A stretch of DNA of 32,000 nt from contig NZ_LWLG01000001.1 in NCBI RefSeq assembly GCF_001652585.1, positions 90,001 through 122,000 on the forward strand, in the 5' to 3' direction. Origin of the DNA: Thermosulfurimonas dismutans (GTDB lineage: Bacteria; Desulfobacterota; Thermodesulfobacteria; Thermodesulfobacteriales; Thermodesulfobacteriaceae). The position numbers were made by a program, and so were the translations under genes. Positions within the stretch are counted from its first letter, which is position 1, and every line of letters starts with the position of its first letter. The notes beneath the pieces were generated by a model. It saw only the letters and a program-made list of their open reading frames with translations, ran no database searches and was not told where the DNA came from. This document shows, piece after piece, positions 27,112 to 32,000 of this stretch.

Positions 27112-27402
27112 TTATTCCTCAATAATGGCAAGCACGTCGTCTTCACGCATAATCAGGTATTCTTCCCCTTTGATCTTGACCTCCGTCCCGGCGTATTTCC
27201 CAAAGAGGATCCGGTCGCCCTCTTTGACCGCCAGGGGCTGCCGCTGACCGTTCTCAAGAATTCGGCCATCTCCTACGGCAATTACCTTCCCCATTACAGG
27301 TTTCTCCTTGGCCGTGTCGGGAATAATAATTCCTGATTCAGTCTTCTCCTCCTCCTCCAGACGTTGAACCAGAATACGATCATGAAGCGGCTTGATCTTC
27401 AT
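27112..27402 (-). CDS. groS: Co-chaperonin GroES (Cpn10)
   Basis: 96 aa. [35 protein letters not shown]... It lies 33 nt upstream of groEL. Confidence 0.97.
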   Translation of the reverse strand: MKIKPLHDRILVQRLEEEEKTESGIIIPDTAKEKPVMGKVIAVGDGRILENGQRQPLAVKEGDRILFGKYAGTEVKIKGEEYLIMREDDVLAIIEE

Positions 27403-27429
27403 AGCAACCCCCTCCTTTAGAAATTTTTA

Positions 27430-27456
27430 TTAGCACTCTCAAAGGTCGGTTGCTAA
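27430..27456. promoter_or_regulatory. CIRCE (HrcA operator) inverted repeat upstream of groES
   Basis: TTAGCACTC-tcaaaggtc-GGTTGCTAA compares with the consensus TTAGCACTC-N9-GAGTGCTAA. The left arm is perfect and the right arm has 2 mismatches. It lies 28 nt upstream of the groES ATG. Confidence 0.75.
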
Positions 27457-27482
27457 TATAATCATTAAGAAGGGGAGTGCAA
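27455..27482 (-). promoter_or_regulatory. Sigma70-like groESL promoter (-35 TTGCAC, 16-nt spacer, -10 TATATT) abutting CIRCE
   Basis: Read on the minus strand. The -10 element overlaps the edge of CIRCE by 2 nt (27455..27456), so CIRCE starts right at the -10/TSS region, the usual arrangement. The promoter lies immediately after the stop of the upstream 634-aa gene. Confidence 0.45.
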
Positions 27483-27489
27483 GAGGGGG

Positions 27490-29394
27490 TCAACGCCGGA
27501 AAAGGGCCCAAAAGAGCGCCAAGATAAAAAGTAGAAACGAGGCCCCTAAAAAAGAAGAAAAACTAAGTGGCAGATAGGGCAGAAGTTCTGGAGCGGTGAC
27601 CGCCAGAAAGGAAGGCACCGAAAAATAGAGCAGAAAAAGAAGGATCTCTCCCACAACAAACACCTTGAGAAAGGTAGATAGTTGTTTTCGGAAAAGTCTT
27701 TTGGCCTCGAGTCTCTTCTTCTCCTGCTCTAAAGTTTCGATCAAACTGTGAATATTGGCAGCCTCTTTTAGAAGACTGCGGAATTCTTTGATCGGATCCT
27801 TGCCGAGGCGCTGCTCTAAGCGAAGCAAACGGTTACCGACCTCGCGTAATCTCTGATTGAACACGGATTCTCCATACTTATAGGGGTAGCTAGACCAATA
27901 TCTCTTGAGTGCATGATATCGAGAAAAAAATTCCGATATCCGCTCTCGGATCTCCCGAATTTTCCGATAAGTGTATCCCTGAATCTCCAGACTCAATTCC
28001 ATAGCCTCAAGGGCCGCCTTCTCAAGTTCGAAAAAGCAACCTTTATATATTTTCTCCCGAAAATTACTAAGCTGATCCTCAAGAGCAGAGAGTTCTTCTT
28101 CGGAAAGGAGTTGTTTCAGGCGATGAAGGCCATCTTCGGCCTTCCGGAGTGTCGTTAAAGCCTCGGCCTGTTTCTTCTCTATTCGGGAAAGCAATTCCTT
28201 TTCTAGCTCTTTACCAAAAAGCAAAAAGGCCGGCTCAAGGAACGCCAGAGTAAAAATCACCGGATGGCCAAGCAAGGGAGACAAGCGAAAAAGATCACGT
28301 TCGGTCCCTCCGAGATAAAAGGAAACCAAAAGTTTATGATAGGTAGCGGGCACCGCCGAATGGTCCTTCTTTAAGGCTTCGGCATAAAAACGCTCAGCAG
28401 AGACAAAATCTTTCTGCATCTCATAGATACGAGCTTTTAAGAGCAAAATGGAGGTCTGGACCAGCGGTGGGAGGTTTTCGGTCTTCACCTCTTCGAAATA
28501 GTAAAGGGCCCGTTCATAATCTTCCTGTAAGATCGCCAGATGACACAGTCCCAATCCTACCCGATAATCAGAAGGATCACCTGCGGCCAAGAACCTCTTT
28601 TCAGACTCCTTAAGGTTCCCGGTGTGAAGATTTTCCAAGGCTATGAGAAGATGACCTCCTTTGGTGGGAATCTCTTTCCCCAAACTGACCTGAGAAAAAT
28701 GGGACCATTCCGGGACTTTGTAGTAAAGGATGCGCAGGAAGGCCGGCTGTAAGTAAAAGTATCGAGCGTAGAGTCCTTGAAGCTCCTTAGCGAAAAGTTC
28801 GCCTTTCAAAAGCCTTTGGGTGAGACTCTGCCCGAGGTCTTTCAAAGTCTGATAAAGATAGGCCTTTAAGGCCTTCCCGCTAACCATCTCTTTGAGTCCG
28901 GGGCAATCCGCATTACGATGCCAGGGCAGACCACAATAGAAACAAGGTCCCTTCTGCCCAACCCAAAGGAGATCTCTGGTTCTGAATAGGACCTCGGGAT
29001 CAGCGGTTGTAGGCAAAATAACTTCGAGAAGATTTTGCCATGGTTTAATGGTTAACAAAAAGCCAAGTTTTTTAGAAGCCCTCTCTAAGGCTTCCTTCAT
29101 GGAAGGACTTACATAAAGCTTCCCGGGTCTAAGCCAGGAAACATTGGCCTTTTCCGGAAGGAGGTTAAAGGGAAGAGGAGCTTCTCCAAGCTCCCTGCTA
29201 AAAGAGGACCTCAATTCCGAAAAGGTCTTATTCAGGGTGGCCAGATGCTCAGGGGCAAAATGAAAGAAATCACCTTCACGTCTCAGGTAGGCGGAGAGGT
29301 GTTTCAAGACCAGCGCTCGAAAATCGCGTTCTCTGCCGGGGAAGAGATAAGCCGCCAGCCTTTCATGGAAGAAAAAGCGCAATCTCTCATTCAC
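27490..29394 (-). CDS. Hypothetical 634-aa protein: N-terminal domain with a CCHC zinc knuckle, TPR-like region, long coiled coil, C-terminal double transmembrane hairpin
   Basis: A long ORF with coding-like composition. It has an exact C-x2-C-x4-H-x4-C motif (CFYCGLPWHRNADC, residues 151-164). TPR-like helices are present (YERALYYFEEV..., FVSAERFYAEALKKD). Heptad-rich segments span about residues 400-560. The last ~55 residues form two hydrophobic helices. Its start overlaps the lspA stop by 4 nt. No family recognised. Confidence 0.7.
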   Translation of the reverse strand: MNERLRFFFHERLAAYLFPGRERDFRALVLKHLSAYLRREGDFFHFAPEHLATLNKTFSELRSSFSRELGEAPLPFNLLPEKANVSWLRPGKLYVSPSMKEALERASKKLGFLLTIKPWQNLLEVILPTTADPEVLFRTRDLLWVGQKGPCFYCGLPWHRNADCPGLKEMVSGKALKAYLYQTLKDLGQSLTQRLLKGELFAKELQGLYARYFYLQPAFLRILYYKVPEWSHFSQVSLGKEIPTKGGHLLIALENLHTGNLKESEKRFLAAGDPSDYRVGLGLCHLAILQEDYERALYYFEEVKTENLPPLVQTSILLLKARIYEMQKDFVSAERFYAEALKKDHSAVPATYHKLLVSFYLGGTERDLFRLSPLLGHPVIFTLAFLEPAFLLFGKELEKELLSRIEKKQAEALTTLRKAEDGLHRLKQLLSEEELSALEDQLSNFREKIYKGCFFELEKAALEAMELSLEIQGYTYRKIREIRERISEFFSRYHALKRYWSSYPYKYGESVFNQRLREVGNRLLRLEQRLGKDPIKEFRSLLKEAANIHSLIETLEQEKKRLEAKRLFRKQLSTFLKVFVVGEILLFLLYFSVPSFLAVTAPELLPYLPLSFSSFLGASFLLFILALFWALFRR

Positions 29395-29831
29395 TTTTTA
29401 AGCCCCCAGAGATAGAAAAAAAGCCCCAGGGTAATCGCAGCATCCGCAAGGTTGAAGGCTGGCCAATGATAGGGGCCGAGATGGAAGTCCAAAAAGTCAA
29501 AGACCGCTCCATGGGTAAACCGATCCCAGGCATTCCCTAGGGCTCCCCCAGCCACCATCCCCAAAGCTATTTGGCTGCCTCTTTTTTTTTCGGAACGCGC
29601 AAGCCATACTAAAACCACCAGCCCCACCAAGGCTAAACCTATAAAGACAAGCCGACCCTTTTCTCCAAAAGTGGCCAAAAGTCCAAAGGCCACGCCCGGA
29701 TTGCGCACCTTAACCAAATTAAAAACCCCGGGGATGACCACCATTTTCCAAGGCAGGACCTTTGATAAAAGACTCTTAGAGAGTCCATCCAAGAAAACGA
29801 CCACCAAAGCGGTAAGAAAAAAGATTCTCAT
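29391..29831 (-). CDS. lspA: Lipoprotein signal peptidase (signal peptidase II)
   Basis: 146 aa four-TM protein. LspA motifs are present (NPGVAFG, GGALGNAWDR, VFDFLDF, FNLADAAI). It overlaps the ileS stop by 4 nt. Confidence 0.9.
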   Translation of the reverse strand: MRIFFLTALVVVFLDGLSKSLLSKVLPWKMVVIPGVFNLVKVRNPGVAFGLLATFGEKGRLVFIGLALVGLVVLVWLARSEKKRGSQIALGMVAGGALGNAWDRFTHGAVFDFLDFHLGPYHWPAFNLADAAITLGLFFYLWGLKK

Positions 29832-32000
29832 TCCTTGAGCCTACCCTCTTCCTTGAGTCTTCGGACCACCTCCCGACAGCGGGAACAAAGGGCCGGATAA
29901 TCCTCTAAGCTCCCCACCTCCGGTTTCCACTGCCAACAACGCTCGCATTTCTTTCCCGGCGCCCGTCGCACTAGAACCTTCAGCCCAGGGACCTCCTCGG
30001 CCTCCCAAAGGACTTCCTTTTCTCCAGGCTCGGGTAGGCTCTCCACCACCTTGAACGAGGATACAATGGCCAGGTATTCCCAGTAGGCGGGATCCGCAAA
30101 AATGGGACGCTTTTCCGCCGGAACCGCCGCCAGGACTTCGGCTTCAAGAGAACTCCTTATAAGCTTGGTTTCTTGCCGGGCCTTCTCAAGGGCCTTGGTG
30201 ATCTCTCCCCTTATGAGAAGCCGCCTCTCCCAGGACTCAACAAATTCTTCGTCCGGCTCGGGCCAACTTATTTCGGGGAATGAAAGGAGGTGTACGCTCT
30301 CCGCTTCCCGTGGAAAAGGATAATATTGGTAGATATCCTCGGCCGTAAAGGAAAGAATAGGTGCCATGAGGCGCACCAAGGCCTCTAGGGCTTCATAAAG
30401 TATGGTTTGCGTAGCTCTTCGCAGTCGATCCTCAGGGTGGTCGCAGTAGAGCCGGTCTCGGTTGATGTCAATGGCCAGCGCCGAGAGTTCCACCACACAA
30501 AAGCGGTGTATCTCCTGGACTACAATATGAAATTGGTACTCCTCATACGCCCTGCGTACCCGTTTTATGAGTTGTCCAAGACGATAAAGAAGATACCGCT
30601 CAAATTCCGGAAGTTCTTCCCAGGGAACCCGATGTTTTTGAGGTTCAAAATCGCAGAGGACGCCTAAAAGATAGCGACAGGTATTACGGATTTTGCGATA
30701 GGCTTCCACCAGGCGCTTCAAGATCTCGTCTGAGAGTCTGATGTCCTCCCGATAGTCCTCGGAAGCTACCCAAAGTCGCAAGATCTCGGCCCCGTATTTT
30801 TTGATAATGTCCTGAGGATGGACCACGTTACCCAGGCTCTTTGACATCTTGCGCCCTTGACCGTCCACCACAAACCCGTGGGTAAGGACGGACTTGTATG
30901 GCGGCACACCTCGTGTGCCTACGGCACAAAGGAGGGAGCTTTGGAACCAGCCCCGGTGTTGGTCCGAACCCTCTAGATAAAGGTCCGCCGGAAAGGCCAG
31001 TTCCGGACGTCTCTCAAGCACGGCCGCGAAAGAGACCCCGGAATCGAACCAGACATCAAGTATATCTTCCTCCTTACGGAACTCTTCGTTTCCACAGACC
31101 GGACATCGCGTGCCTTCAGGCAAGAGTTCCTTCGGCTCCCGCTCGAACCAAAGATCCGTGCCCTCCTTCTCGAAGAGGGCCAAGACCTTTTGGTAATACT
31201 TTTCTTCCCTTAAAAGCTCGCCACATTTTTTACAGACAAAAACAGTAATAGGTACGCCCCAGGCCCGCTGACGCGAAAGACACCAATCCGGCCGTTTTTC
31301 CACCATCCCTCGAATACGCTCCCGTCCCCAGCGGGGGATCCAGGTTACTCGCTCTATAGCTTGCAGGGCTTTTTCTCTCAGGCCCGCCTCCTCCATGGAA
31401 ATGAACCACTGCTCGGTGGCCCGAAAAATAACCGGTTTCTTGCACCGCCAGCAGTGAGGATAGCTGTGTTCTATCTCCGAGGCGTAAAGTAATCGCCCCT
31501 TTTCGCGAAGGACTTCGATAATCTCTTCATTGGCGGAAAAAATCTCCTTTCCACCGAAAAGGGGCATATCTTCTTCAAAATGGCCGGTATCATCCACCGG
31601 AGAATAAACCTCAAGACCGTATTTAAGACCGCTTTCGTAGTCCTCCTCACCGTGGCCGGGAGCAATGTGAACGCAACCGGTTCCGGCCTCAAGGGTCACG
31701 TAATCGGCCAGGATGAAAAGGGATTCCCGGTCGTAAAAGGGATGGCGAGCATGCCGACCCTCAAGCCTCCGGGGATCGAAACGGCAAAGGATCTCCGGAA
31801 GATCCCGGTCAAGCTCGGCACAAAGGGCCGAAAGGCGACCTTCAGCCAGCAGCAGAATCTCTTCGTCCCATTTCACCGCTACGTACTCAAATTCCGGGTT
31901 GAGCGCCACGGCCAAGTTGGCTGGAAGAGTCCAAGGAGTAGTAGTCCAAATAACCACTGAAACCGGGGCCTTAGGAAGATCCGGAAGGGCCGCCCGGGCA
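29828..32000 (-). CDS. ileS: Isoleucine--tRNA ligase, type 1 with C-terminal zinc finger; the N-terminal part lies beyond the window end
   Basis: The frame stays open upstream of the track start at 31957 (…LPKAPVSVVIWTTTPWTLPAN), so the gene is 5'-truncated by the window. The KMSKS motif (GRKMSKSLGN) and the C-terminal CERCWQW...CSRC zinc motif are present. It forms the classic ileS-lspA pair. Confidence 0.95.
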   Translation of the reverse strand, partial: ARAALPDLPKAPVSVVIWTTTPWTLPANLAVALNPEFEYVAVKWDEEILLLAEGRLSALCAELDRDLPEILCRFDPRRLEGRHARHPFYDRESLFILADYVTLEAGTGCVHIAPGHGEEDYESGLKYGLEVYSPVDDTGHFEEDMPLFGGKEIFSANEEIIEVLREKGRLLYASEIEHSYPHCWRCKKPVIFRATEQWFISMEEAGLREKALQAIERVTWIPRWGRERIRGMVEKRPDWCLSRQRAWGVPITVFVCKKCGELLREEKYYQKVLALFEKEGTDLWFEREPKELLPEGTRCPVCGNEEFRKEEDILDVWFDSGVSFAAVLERRPELAFPADLYLEGSDQHRGWFQSSLLCAVGTRGVPPYKSVLTHGFVVDGQGRKMSKSLGNVVHPQDIIKKYGAEILRLWVASEDYREDIRLSDEILKRLVEAYRKIRNTCRYLLGVLCDFEPQKHRVPWEELPEFERYLLYRLGQLIKRVRRAYEEYQFHIVVQEIHRFCVVELSALAIDINRDRLYCDHPEDRLRRATQTILYEALEALVRLMAPILSFTAEDIYQYYPFPREAESVHLLSFPEISWPEPDEEFVESWERRLLIRGEITKALEKARQETKLIRSSLEAEVLAAVPAEKRPIFADPAYWEYLAIVSSFKVVESLPEPGEKEVLWEAEEVPGLKVLVRRAPGKKCERCWQWKPEVGSLEDYPALCSRCREVVRRLKEEGRLKE

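Overview
Gene-dense chromosomal window (about 90% coding, both strands) with no rRNA, CRISPR array, transposase, integrase or phage genes. The gene set indicates a Gram-negative-type envelope (lpxC, rlpA, lspA, a BepA-like M48/TPR protease). The charged-residue-rich proteins suggest a thermophile, possibly Thermodesulfobacteria-like, but that guess is inference only. In order, the window holds: mreB (partial, missing from the ORF track), amrB (Memo-like), gltX, a tiny membrane ORF, tRNA-Arg(CCG), leuD-leuC, a DUF434-type protein, a radical SAM/SPASM maturase, yebC-ruvC-ruvA-ruvB-panB, an FKBP PPIase, lpxC, era, an alpha-carbonic anhydrase, rnc, rlpA, a 530-nt ORF-free gap, an MTHFS-family gene ending in a perfect parS site, a multi-PAS hybrid histidine kinase translationally coupled to parA-parB, FapA/DUF342, plsY, an M48/TPR protease, groES-groEL with CIRCE, a 634-aa zinc-knuckle/TPR membrane protein, lspA and ileS (partial). 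The most interesting locus is 6041..7720 on the minus strand. An unannotated small ORF there has its own promoter and Shine-Dalgarno sequence. It is interrupted by an in-frame TGA inside a C-S-G-TGA (CxxU) motif. A 17-nt GC hairpin lies 11 nt downstream of that TGA, which is bacterial SECIS geometry. The frame then stays open for 51 more codons and ends 46 nt before the radical SAM/SPASM enzyme. I read this as a candidate selenocysteine-containing RiPP precursor plus maturase, resembling the SbtA/SbtM 'selenobiotic' thio(seleno)oxazole family. Standard ORF calling cannot see it. Secondary leads are a second UGA-plus-hairpin mini-ORF after gltX, a possible ncRNA gap upstream of the MTHFS-like gene, parS embedded in coding sequence, and the uncharacterised CCHC-knuckle protein in the ileS-lspA operon.
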